Source: an uncultured Deinococcales bacterium
GTDB taxonomy: Bacteria; Deinococcota; Deinococci; Deinococcales; JAAFIG01
DNA: 23,795 nt
Direction: 5' to 3'
Assembly: GCA_964247135.1 (NCBI GenBank)
Contig: CAXTTL010000048.1
Coordinates: 1-23,795, forward strand
In this document: positions 1 to 8,463 of the stretch, one piece after another
Position numbering within the stretch: the stretch's first letter is position 1
How the letters are laid out: each line of letters starts with the position of its first letter
Program-made: the position numbers and the translations under genes
The notes under the pieces: generated by a model
What the model was told of the DNA's origin: nothing
What the model saw: only the letters and a program-made list of their open reading frames with translations
The model's database searches: none

Positions 1-17
1 GTGCGGGAGGTTTGTGT

Positions 18-827
18 ATGAAAAAACGAAACGATGCCCTGCTGGCGTTTTTTGGGCTGACCTTTGCGATCACTTGGGGTCTGGCGCTCGTGTTGGTCTT
101 GTTTCCTGTGACCATCAAAGCGCTGTTCGGTGCAGTCTCGGTGTCCAACCCCTTGTTTATTGTGGCGGTGGCAGGACCCACCATTGCCGCCACAATCTTG
201 ACGCTCACTCGAGAGGGTTGGGCTGGCTTGCGAGGGCTGTACAGCCGTTTGGTTCAATGGCGTTTTGGTCTGCAATGGTACGCGCTGGTGCTGCTCGGCA
301 TTCCGTTGTCGATGTTCGCCATCAGTCGAATCTCGAGTGTCATAATCAATTATGACCTCAGCACGCCAACCTTGATGATGCTGCATTTGTTGAACGAATT
401 GATCTTGGGTCCTATGGGTGAAGAATTGGGTTGGCGTGGTTTTGCCTTGCCACGAATGCTCGAGCGTTACAATCCGCTCTTGGCGGCTGTATTGCTTGGC
501 AGCATTTGGGGAGCGTGGCACTTGCCCTCGTTTTTCTTGTCAGGCTTGCCGCAAAGCCAACTTGCCATTCCCACGTTTTTGCTTGGTGCGTTGTGTCTGT
601 CAATCGTTTCAACCTGGTTGTTTTTGCACACAGGTCGTAGCGTTCTGGCAACCGTGTTGTTTCACTTTGCCATTAACGCTTCCATGAACGTTTTTGGTGT
701 GGCGTTTTCAGCCTTTACCATCGCAGCCGCGTGTGTGGCGCTGCTGGTGGTTGTTCTTGATCGCAACATCAATTGGTTTGCACCTGGGCAACCTCGAGCA
801 AGGTTGAACGTTCAAACCAATCCTTGA
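18..827 (+). CDS. CPBP family (CAAX/Abi) intramembrane glutamic endopeptidase
   Basis: Hydrophobic multi-TM protein with the CPBP motifs EELGWRG, WGAWHLP and FHFAIN. GGAGG at 6-10 favours ATG 18 as the start. Confidence 0.9.
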   Translation: MKKRNDALLAFFGLTFAITWGLALVLVLFPVTIKALFGAVSVSNPLFIVAVAGPTIAATILTLTREGWAGLRGLYSRLVQWRFGLQWYALVLLGIPLSMFAISRISSVIINYDLSTPTLMMLHLLNELILGPMGEELGWRGFALPRMLERYNPLLAAVLLGSIWGAWHLPSFFLSGLPQSQLAIPTFLLGALCLSIVSTWLFLHTGRSVLATVLFHFAINASMNVFGVAFSAFTIAAACVALLVVVLDRNINWFAPGQPRARLNVQTNP

Positions 828-866
828 TCGAGCCTGAGATGTGATGAAGCTTGTAGCAGCAAGAAA

Positions 867-1676
867 GTGAAGCAACCCATGAATCAACTGGCAGGAACTT
901 CTGAAATTCCACAATACAGTTTGGCAAAAATCCTCCTCGTATGGGCAGCCGCAACCTTCCCAATGGCAATTTTGGGATGGGTGGTGACTCCAGCCCTTGC
1001 ACACGACCCAAACAATCCAGGTTTTGAAAAACTTGCCATACTGACGCTCGGATTGATCTGGCAATTTATTTTGGTCATGATCTTGTGCTACCAAGAAACG
1101 GGCAACCTCGCCTGGTCAACAATCCGAGAACGTCTGTGGCTCAATACACCGCGAACTCCGAAAACCCGAGAACCGCGTCGGCGTTTGTGGTGGTGGCTTG
1201 TACCGATCATCGTTTTAACGGCATTTTACGAATTTCAAATTGCTGGGGTATTCGACAAGATTTGGGTTGGAATCTTCCCATTTCTGACCGAACCACGCGG
1301 TTTTGACCTTGGCAGTTTACTCGAGACACCACAAGCCAAAGCAAAGCTGGTTGGTCACTGGGGCGTTTTGCTGCTCTTTGTGGTCAATGCCGTGTTCAAT
1401 ACCGTTTTGGGCGAAGAGCTTGTGTTTCGTGGGCTGCTTTTGCCGCGAATGGCAAGGGTCTTTGGAAAATGGGACTGGGCAATGAATGGAATTCTGTTTG
1501 GTTTGTATCATTTGCATCAACCCTGGGGGATTCTCAGCGCCGCCATCGAGGGCATGTTGCTCTTGGCGCTGCCCAGCCGATACTTTCGCAGTTCCTGGTT
1601 GGGCATCATCGTTCATTCTGGGCAAAGTGTTTATTTTGCAATCCTGATTTTGGGGTTGGTGCTTGGAATGGCATAG
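867..1676 (+). CDS. CPBP family intramembrane endopeptidase (second, divergent paralogue)
   Basis: Motifs EELVFRG, FGLYHLH and VHSGQS in a multi-TM protein. The start could be GTG 867 or ATG 879. Confidence 0.85.
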   Translation: MKQPMNQLAGTSEIPQYSLAKILLVWAAATFPMAILGWVVTPALAHDPNNPGFEKLAILTLGLIWQFILVMILCYQETGNLAWSTIRERLWLNTPRTPKTREPRRRLWWWLVPIIVLTAFYEFQIAGVFDKIWVGIFPFLTEPRGFDLGSLLETPQAKAKLVGHWGVLLLFVVNAVFNTVLGEELVFRGLLLPRMARVFGKWDWAMNGILFGLYHLHQPWGILSAAIEGMLLLALPSRYFRSSWLGIIVHSGQSVYFAILILGLVLGMA

Positions 1677-1749
1677 CGACACAAGCGCTGTCTTGTCAGG
1701 TTTCAATGCTTGGTTTTCAGCCTGATATGTGCAGGCTTCAAGGTTCAAT

Positions 1750-3951
1750 TCAAATCAACCCTTGTTCAAGCGCTTGCCTGGTGGCTGCGGCTCGAGTGGC
1801 AACGTTTAATTTTGAGAAAATCGAACGAAGGTGCGTGTGAACGGTGCTGCCCGACATGCCCAATTCTGATGCAATTTTCTTGTTGGTTTTGCCATCTGCC
1901 AGCAACTTTATGACCTCGAGTTCGCGTGGTGTCAGGTCGCTTAAGGTATCACGGGCTTTGGACGCAGTCTGGTTCCGATTGACCTGGGCAATGCCCAGTT
2001 GGTGTTCGTGAACCAGTTTTTGAGCGCCAATCAATCGAGCAATCTCTATGCCAGCCGTAAAATGCTCAAGTGCTTGACTGAAGTTATTTTCGTCAAGCTC
2101 AAGCCAACCCAAGTACAACAATGCCTGACTTTCCAATGGACGGGCTTTTGCGTTTTGCGCTTGGACAAGACTCAACTCGAGCAATTGACGTGATCGTTGA
2201 TGATTTCTCAAAAGTCGTTCGGCGTTTCCAAAATTTGCTTGCCCCAATGCCATCAAGTGTGGTGGGAGATCAGCAACATACTCGAGCGCGAGTTCAAAGG
2301 TTTGTCGTGCTTCAAGCAATTTATTTGCGGTTGTAAGAATTCGACCCAGCAAATTCAGGTTGGCAAAAAATTGCAAGTTGTCCTCTGGGGTTTTCTGATT
2401 GACCGTGATCAAATTTAAACTGGTCAGACTTTGGCGTATCAGGTTTTCTGCTTGTTCATGGTTTTGGGTGTTGAGTTCAATCTCAGCCAACATCATCAGC
2501 GCTCTGGCAAGCAATTGATGGTTCGTTGTTTGATGATTGCTTGTTAATAAGGTCTTTTCAACGTGCTGACGGGCAGCAAAGTCATCGCCTTGTCTGAGGG
2601 CAAAAGTGCCAGCCAATAGCAACACTTCGTGAAAACGCAAATCGTCTTTTGAAAGTTTGATGAGCAGGTTTTCCAAAATACTGCGAGCTTCAGCCAGAAA
2701 ACCACGGATTTGCCAGTGGTAATGTTCCGCCGAAATAAAATCCCACGCCCAGTCAAAAAACCTGTTTTCAATACACCACCGTAAGGCTTGGTCAATGTTG
2801 TCGTGTTCAAGCCCAAGTATCTCGAGGTAAGCTGCTTGTTCGGCGCTTTCAAGTAACTGTGCCGCTTTTTTGACAACACTCAAAGCGTATTCAACATGGG
2901 TTTTTTGAGCCGTCTCGAGTTCACCTGCCAATTTCAGTTTCTCGAGTGCGTATTCACGTACCGATTCGAGCAATAAAAATCGTGCTGGTTGACTGTCTTT
3001 GCTGGTTTCGACCAGGCTGTTTTCGACCAAAACTGTCACATCTTCCAAAACCTCTGGGTTGCCGTTGATGATTTCGGCAGCTTCAAGGCTAAAGCCACCA
3101 CAAAACACACCCAAACGCATCAACAACTGCTGGTGTGCTGGCTGAAGCAGGTTAAAACTCCAATCGAGCGTTGCGCGTAAACCACGTTGGCGTTCGGGCA
3201 AATCTCTTGCACCGCTCGAGAGAATGTTCAACGGTTGGTTTAGCATCTCGAGCAAAACTTGGGGGCTGAACATGCGCAACCGTGCGGCTGCAAGTTCAAT
3301 TGCCAGGGGCGAACCCACCAATTTTCGAGTCATTTCAGCGACCGCAAAAGCGTTATCGGCATCCAATTTAAAATCTGGTCTGATGGCTTTGGCTCGAGCC
3401 AGCAACAACTGCACCGAAGACACGTTTTGCAAGCCATCCAGGCTGGTTTTTGCAGGGGCTGGCTCGAGTCCAGAAATTGGAAATTCGTGTTCGCCAGCCA
3501 GTCGCAACGGTGCGCGACTGGTTGTCAACATTTTCAAATCCTTGGCACTTCTGAGCTTGGCAACCACGTTTGAAGCCGCCTCGAGTACATGCTCGAGGTT
3601 ATCAAGCACCAGCAGCATTTGGCGCTCACTTAAAAACCAGGCGATACTTTCGAGCGCATCGCCTTGCCAATCTTGCAAACCCAATTCTTGGGCTATCTTG
3701 CTGGCAATCAAAGCCCCGTCTTGAATCGGGGCGAGTGAAACAAACACCACACCATCACGAAATTGTCCTAAAGCTGCTTGCGCCACCGCCAAGGCGAGCC
3801 GTGTTTTGCCGTTCCCTCCCGCGCCAATCAAGGTCAGTAAAAAAACCTCGTCGCGCTCGAGCAACTCGAGCACTTGCGCGATTTCTCGTTCGCGTCCAAA
3901 CAATCTGGTGGCAGGAACTGGCAGAACTGGATGGTCGGCAGCTACGGTCAT
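1750..3951 (-). CDS. STAND/NB-ARC-type ATPase - TPR - LuxR-HTH transcriptional regulator
   Basis: LFGRERE, Walker A GAGGNGKT, Walker B LLVLDNLE, TTSR, GSPLAIELAA, helical TPR-like repeats, and a C-terminal LuxR HTH (LTPRELEVIKLLADGKTNKKIA...TVHTHLRSIFSKL). Confidence 0.9.
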   Translation of the reverse strand: MTVAADHPVLPVPATRLFGREREIAQVLELLERDEVFLLTLIGAGGNGKTRLALAVAQAALGQFRDGVVFVSLAPIQDGALIASKIAQELGLQDWQGDALESIAWFLSERQMLLVLDNLEHVLEAASNVVAKLRSAKDLKMLTTSRAPLRLAGEHEFPISGLEPAPAKTSLDGLQNVSSVQLLLARAKAIRPDFKLDADNAFAVAEMTRKLVGSPLAIELAAARLRMFSPQVLLEMLNQPLNILSSGARDLPERQRGLRATLDWSFNLLQPAHQQLLMRLGVFCGGFSLEAAEIINGNPEVLEDVTVLVENSLVETSKDSQPARFLLLESVREYALEKLKLAGELETAQKTHVEYALSVVKKAAQLLESAEQAAYLEILGLEHDNIDQALRWCIENRFFDWAWDFISAEHYHWQIRGFLAEARSILENLLIKLSKDDLRFHEVLLLAGTFALRQGDDFAARQHVEKTLLTSNHQTTNHQLLARALMMLAEIELNTQNHEQAENLIRQSLTSLNLITVNQKTPEDNLQFFANLNLLGRILTTANKLLEARQTFELALEYVADLPPHLMALGQANFGNAERLLRNHQRSRQLLELSLVQAQNAKARPLESQALLYLGWLELDENNFSQALEHFTAGIEIARLIGAQKLVHEHQLGIAQVNRNQTASKARDTLSDLTPRELEVIKLLADGKTNKKIASELGMSGSTVHTHLRSIFSKLNVATRAAATRQALEQGLI

Positions 3952-4042
3952 GACTTCAATCCTCGAGCTTTAGATTATCGCTTTGGCGCAAATCATGTGA
4001 AGTTCTTCCAAGTTTTTGGCAATCTGACGTAGAATCAAACCC

Positions 4043-4150
4043 ATGAAGCACCAACCCGCAAAACTCGAGCTTCCAGGGCATCACCTGCGCTCGGGTTTTG
4101 TGTTTTCTTCCCCTGCGGGGGATATTTTGATTTTGGGCTTGAAGCCTTAA
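4043..4150 (+). CDS. Putative 35-aa leader peptide upstream of serS (MKHQPAKLELPGHHLRSGFVFSSPAGDILILGLKP)
   Basis: ATG lies 7 nt after TAGAAT (4030-4035), the same leaderless geometry seen for other genes here. The ORF is open to TAA 4148-4150 and is followed by a terminator-like hairpin. Confidence 0.45.
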   Translation: MKHQPAKLELPGHHLRSGFVFSSPAGDILILGLKP

Positions 4151-4171
4151 CCAATTGCCATAACCCATCTT

Positions 4172-4197
4172 GGGGCGCATGGTGCGCCTTTGTTTTT
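4172..4197 (+). terminator. Intrinsic terminator/attenuator-like hairpin in the serS leader
   Basis: GGCGCA-TGG-TGCGCC stem (extendable by G-U pairs) followed by TTTGTTTTT, directly before the serS RBS AAGGAG. Confidence 0.55.
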
Positions 4198-4213
4198 GAA
4201 GGAGAACCCAGAA

Positions 4214-5497
4214 ATGCTCGACATTAAATTTATTCGTGAAAACCCCGATACCGTGAAAAAAGCGATTCTTGAGAAAGCTACAAAATTGGATTTGGATACG
4301 CTGCTCGAGTTGGATGCAAAAATCATGGGTTTGCGCAAAGAAACCGAGGAAGTGCAAGCCGACGCCAACCGTGTGGCAAAAGAAATTCCCAAAGCCGAAG
4401 CCAGCGAACGCCCTGGCATGGTCGCCAAGGGTAAGGAACTGAAAACCAAACTGACCGATCTCGAGCCATCACTACGAAATCTCGAGGCAGAATTGCGGGA
4501 TTTGATGCTGCAAGTGCCGCAGATTCCGTGGGCTGGAGCGCCAGTGGGCGCAGATGAAAGTTTCAACCTCGAGATTAAAAAAGTTGGGGTGCCTCGAGTC
4601 TTTGATTTTGAGCCGCTCGACCATGTGGCATTGATCGAGAAAAACGCTTGGGGCGAGTTGGAGCGCATCTCGAGGATTTCGGGAACGCGGTCGTATGCTT
4701 TAAAAGGCGACCTGGCGGTCTACGAGCAAGCACTTTTAAGGTTTGCGTTTGACCAGATGATTGCGGCGGGCTTCACCGCCATGACCGTGCCGAGTTACGC
4801 TCGAGAGGAGGTTTTTACGGCGCATGGACAGTTTCCGGCGGCTCGAGATCAGGTCTACGAGATGGAAGGCTCAGAATTGTTCTTGTCTGGCACTGCCGAA
4901 GTGCTGCTGAACAGTTTGCACGCTGGCGAAATTTTAAGCGAAGATGATCTGGCGGCGGCTTATGTTGCCATCAGCCCGTGCTTCCGTGCCGAGGCTGGTG
5001 CGGCGGGCAAGGACACCAGGGGTTTGATTCGCGTGCATCAATTCAACAAGGTCGAACAATATGTGCTGTGCAAAGCCGACCCGCTCGAGTCGGAAATGTG
5101 GTTCGATAAGCTGCTAGGCAATGCCGAAAGTTTGCTCCAAGACCTCGAGCTTCCGTACCGTTTGCTCGAGACCAGCACGGGCGACATGGGTACGGGCAAA
5201 GTGCGCATGATTGACCTCGAGAGTTGGGTTCCGAGCGAAAGTCGCTACCGCGAAACGCATTCTTGCAGTGCGCTTCACGACTGGCAGGCGCGGCGTGCGA
5301 ACCTGCGTTACCGCGATGCGGACGGCAAAGTGCGTCATGCCTTCACGTTGAACAACACCGCGCTGGCAACCCCAAGAATTCTGGTGATGCTGCTCGAGAA
5401 CCATCAAAACCCTGATGGCACGGTCAACATTCCAAGTGCAGTTCAGCCGTACATGAATGGCAAGACCAAACTCGAGGCGACCAAAAAACGTGCTTGA
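4214..5497 (+). CDS. serS: Serine--tRNA ligase
   Basis: N-terminus MLDIKFIRENPD with a coiled-coil arm; class II motifs GTAEV, FRAEAGAAGKDTRGLIRVHQFNKVEQ, ETHSCS and NNTALATPR. RBS AAGGAG 4199-4204 selects ATG 4214. Confidence 0.97.
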   Translation: MLDIKFIRENPDTVKKAILEKATKLDLDTLLELDAKIMGLRKETEEVQADANRVAKEIPKAEASERPGMVAKGKELKTKLTDLEPSLRNLEAELRDLMLQVPQIPWAGAPVGADESFNLEIKKVGVPRVFDFEPLDHVALIEKNAWGELERISRISGTRSYALKGDLAVYEQALLRFAFDQMIAAGFTAMTVPSYAREEVFTAHGQFPAARDQVYEMEGSELFLSGTAEVLLNSLHAGEILSEDDLAAAYVAISPCFRAEAGAAGKDTRGLIRVHQFNKVEQYVLCKADPLESEMWFDKLLGNAESLLQDLELPYRLLETSTGDMGTGKVRMIDLESWVPSESRYRETHSCSALHDWQARRANLRYRDADGKVRHAFTLNNTALATPRILVMLLENHQNPDGTVNIPSAVQPYMNGKTKLEATKKRA

Positions 5498-5503
5498 GGT
5501 TTT

Positions 5504-6150
<647 letters not shown>

Positions 6151-6189
6151 AACACGGTTGAGAAGTCTGGCTCGAGTTAAACTTTAGTC

Positions 6190-7068
6190 GTGAGTTATTT
6201 GATTTCTGGAATGGCGGCAAACAACACGTTGCGGGTCATGGCGGCAGACACGACGGGCATTGTCGAGACGGCTCGAATCAAACACGAGACGAGCGCCACA
6301 GCCACCGCCGCCCTCGGTCGGACGTTGACGGGATCGTTGTTGCTGGCGCAAGTCTTGACCAAACGCGACCATGACCGTGTGACCTTGCGGGTTCAGGGTG
6401 ATGGTCCAATCGGTTGGGTCGTCTGCGAGGGCAGCAAAGACGGCATCACGCGGGGTTATGTCAAACACCCCGATGCCGACCTGCCCGCTCGAGAATCCGA
6501 CGGCAAGCTCGACGTTGGTGCTCTCATCGGTTTGAACGGCGATTTTGCGGTCACACGCTTGCTCGAGAACACCGAACCCTACACGGGCAGCGTCGAATTG
6601 GTGTCTGCCGAAATTGCCGAGGACATGGCAACCTATTTGGCGCACTCAGAACAAATTCCGAGTGCGGTCATGCTTGGCGTGCATGTGAATGCCAGGGGCG
6701 TGACCCATGCGGGCGGTTTGCTGGTGCAAGCCATGCCAGGGGCAGCGGAAGCCACGCTTGCCAAACTCGAGGACAACATCAAAAACATGGGGACGTTCAC
6801 CAATGCCATGCGGCTCGAGAATGGTTTGTTGGGCGCGATCAATCAGGCGCTTTCGGGGCTGGAGTTTGAAGCCAACCCGAACGCCCTCGAGCTTGTATGG
6901 CAGTGCCGTTGCAGCCGTGACAAGGCGCTGCAATCGCTGACTTTTTTTGGTGACGTCGAACGTGAGGAAATGATCGAGAACGGCGGACAAGAGGTCGTGT
7001 GTCACTGGTGCAACGAGAAATACCTGATCACACCCGACGAACTCTCCAAGCTCGAGTTGCAAGCTTAA
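6190..7068 (+). CDS. hslO: Hsp33 redox-regulated chaperone
   Basis: ATAALGRTL, GDGPIG, EPYTGSVELVSAEIAED, HSEQIPS, and the zinc centre CRCS...CHWC. TAAACT 6178-6183 lies 6 nt before GTG. Confidence 0.95.
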   Translation: MSYLISGMAANNTLRVMAADTTGIVETARIKHETSATATAALGRTLTGSLLLAQVLTKRDHDRVTLRVQGDGPIGWVVCEGSKDGITRGYVKHPDADLPARESDGKLDVGALIGLNGDFAVTRLLENTEPYTGSVELVSAEIAEDMATYLAHSEQIPSAVMLGVHVNARGVTHAGGLLVQAMPGAAEATLAKLEDNIKNMGTFTNAMRLENGLLGAINQALSGLEFEANPNALELVWQCRCSRDKALQSLTFFGDVEREEMIENGGQEVVCHWCNEKYLITPDELSKLELQA

Positions 7069-7418
7069 TGCAAGCCTCAAAAATACTGCTGGCGGTCATC
7101 ATGGCGGCGGCTGGCGTGATTCATTTCGTCAACCCGCAAATTTACGTTGCCATCATGCCCAAGGACCTGCCGTGGCATCTGGCGCTCGTGTACATTTCGG
7201 GGTTTCTCGAGCTTCTGTTTGGTGTTGGGTTGTTGACTGGGTTCTCGAGTTTTGCGGCTTGGGGCTTGATCGCCTTGTTTGTTGCGGTGTTTCCCGCAAA
7301 CTTGAACATGGCGTTTCATCCAGAACTTGTGCCCCAAATTCCGAGGCTGTTGTTGTGGCTTCGGTTGCCACTTCAAGCCGTACTGATTTGGTGGGCTTGG
7401 CAGCTTACAAAAATTTGA
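7068..7418 (+). CDS. DoxX-like small membrane protein
   Basis: AGVIHF, LVYISGFLE, AVFPANLNMA and LRLPLQ are typical of this family. The start overlaps the hslO stop (TAATG), implying translational coupling. Confidence 0.8.
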   Translation: MQASKILLAVIMAAAGVIHFVNPQIYVAIMPKDLPWHLALVYISGFLELLFGVGLLTGFSSFAAWGLIALFVAVFPANLNMAFHPELVPQIPRLLLWLRLPLQAVLIWWAWQLTKI

Positions 7419-7423
7419 GCCAT

Positions 7424-7446
7424 AAAAAACGCGCCCGTTTAGGCGC
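7424..7446 (-). terminator. Terminator-like hairpin oriented for minus-strand transcription
   Basis: The minus strand reads GCGCC-TAAACG-GGCGC-GTTTTTT. Confidence 0.45.
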
Positions 7447-7457
7447 TGATGGGGTAT

Positions 7458-7486
7458 ATTGTAACACCGTATTCGGTATTCGTCAA
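7458..7486 (-). promoter_or_regulatory. Near-consensus sigma70/SigA promoter
   Basis: The minus strand reads TTGACG (7486-7481), a 17-nt spacer ending TGT, then TACAAT (7463-7458). Confidence 0.6.
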
Positions 7487-7562
7487 GACTATGCACTCGA
7501 GTCGTGCTGCACGGGTCGCTCGAGTTTGAAATTTGAGAGCGTTTTCGTTTAAACTCGAGCAC

Positions 7563-8021
7563 ATGAAATTACTGGCTTTGCTCACGTGTCTTCTGATCTT
7601 CTCTGGTTTCGCCGATGCTCGAGTGCGAAGAGCGGGTACAACGCAATTGCAAACCTTGATCAATCAAGCTCGAGCTTCGGGGGTTCGTTGCGCGGGTGGT
7701 GGCGGGGTGAGGCTGGCTCAACTTGGAGGCAATCATTTGCTGGCGCTTGCCGCTCGAGGTCATGCCGCCAACATGAGCCGTTACGGTTTCGTCTCGCATT
7801 ATTTTCGAGGTGTTGGACCGCGCACTCGAGTTCCACGGGCAGGGTATACATTCTCGAGGATGTCCGAAATTATTTTTAAGGGTTCGGGCGGAGCAAGCCG
7901 TGCGCTGCGTTGGTGGTTGCGCAGTCCCGTGCATTGCCGTGCGATCATGAACTCGTACTACCGCGAAATTGGCACGGCGGTTGTGGGCAATGCTTTCGTG
8001 GTGGTCATGGCGGTTCATTAA
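7563..8021 (+). CDS. Secreted CAP (SCP/Tpx/Ag5) domain protein
   Basis: Signal peptide MKLLALLTCLLIFSGFADA; motifs LINQARA, AARGHAANM, FVSH and WLRSPVHCRAIMN..YREIG. TAAACT 7550-7555 lies 7 nt before ATG. Confidence 0.88.
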   Translation: MKLLALLTCLLIFSGFADARVRRAGTTQLQTLINQARASGVRCAGGGGVRLAQLGGNHLLALAARGHAANMSRYGFVSHYFRGVGPRTRVPRAGYTFSRMSEIIFKGSGGASRALRWWLRSPVHCRAIMNSYYREIGTAVVGNAFVVVMAVH

Positions 8022-8053
8022 ACTCGAGCTTGATTGCCGTGCAGCCTCAAAGG

Positions 8054-8341
8054 CTACGACAGATTTTCGCCAGCCACTTTATAGGTATCCGAGAGGGGTT
8101 GACCGATGCTGTGTGCAAACCAGATGCGGATTGCCGCTTTCGCATCGGCTGCATCCATTTCACCTCGCTCAACTTGCTCGAGCAGCGGCATGAGGGGCTG
8201 AATGGTTTGCAAAAACTTTGCGAGTTGGATTTCCATGAAGGCGCTCATGTTCATGTCCATCGCCTGAAAAACCTGGCGTGACTTTCGATAAATGTCAGGG
8301 TCTATCGTCAGGTTGACTCGGGCTTTGGTCATTTTTCCCAT
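8054..8341 (-). CDS. Small ribbon-helix-helix (CopG/CcdA-like) DNA-binding protein
   Basis: N-terminal KARVNLTIDPDIYRK...MNMSAFMEIQL fits an RHH beta-alpha-alpha pattern. Minus-strand TACGCT lies 6 nt before ATG 8341; an alternative start is 8332. Confidence 0.6.
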   Translation of the reverse strand: MGKMTKARVNLTIDPDIYRKSRQVFQAMDMNMSAFMEIQLAKFLQTIQPLMPLLEQVERGEMDAADAKAAIRIWFAHSIGQPLSDTYKVAGENLS

Positions 8342-8345
8342 TCCA

Positions 8346-8385
8346 AAAGCGTACAGATACAATACATATGATATCTGTACGCTTT
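8346..8385. promoter_or_regulatory. Perfect 14-bp inverted repeat (operator and/or amylase terminator)
   Basis: AAAGCGTACAGATA-N12-TATCTGTACGCTTT. One arm contains the putative -10 of the RHH gene. Confidence 0.6.
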
Positions 8386-8463
8386 CTTACAAATTGACCT
8401 TCAATAGCTTAAATCTGGTCTGATCAACCTTAAAGACTGCATCTCTCGAGCCTCGAGGTTTGA

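Noticed and set aside
1750-3951. Avs/NLR-type anti-phage STAND protein
   Set aside because: It has no nuclease, TIR or SIR2 effector domain. The C-terminal LuxR HTH indicates a transcription regulator.
3952-4213. T-box riboswitch upstream of serS
   Set aside because: No T-box consensus (GGTGGNACCGCG-like) precedes the terminator, and no recognisable Stem I GA/AG motifs are present.
3956-4668. Minus-strand ORFs of 133 and 173 aa overlapping serS, and similar shadow ORFs across the window
   Set aside because: They are antisense or out-of-frame to well-supported genes, have no motifs and show atypical composition.
7077-7562. 161-aa minus ORF as the gene served by the strong minus-strand promoter
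   Set aside because: It starts upstream of the promoter, is antisense to the DoxX-like gene, and has a non-protein-like Q/R/P-rich sequence.
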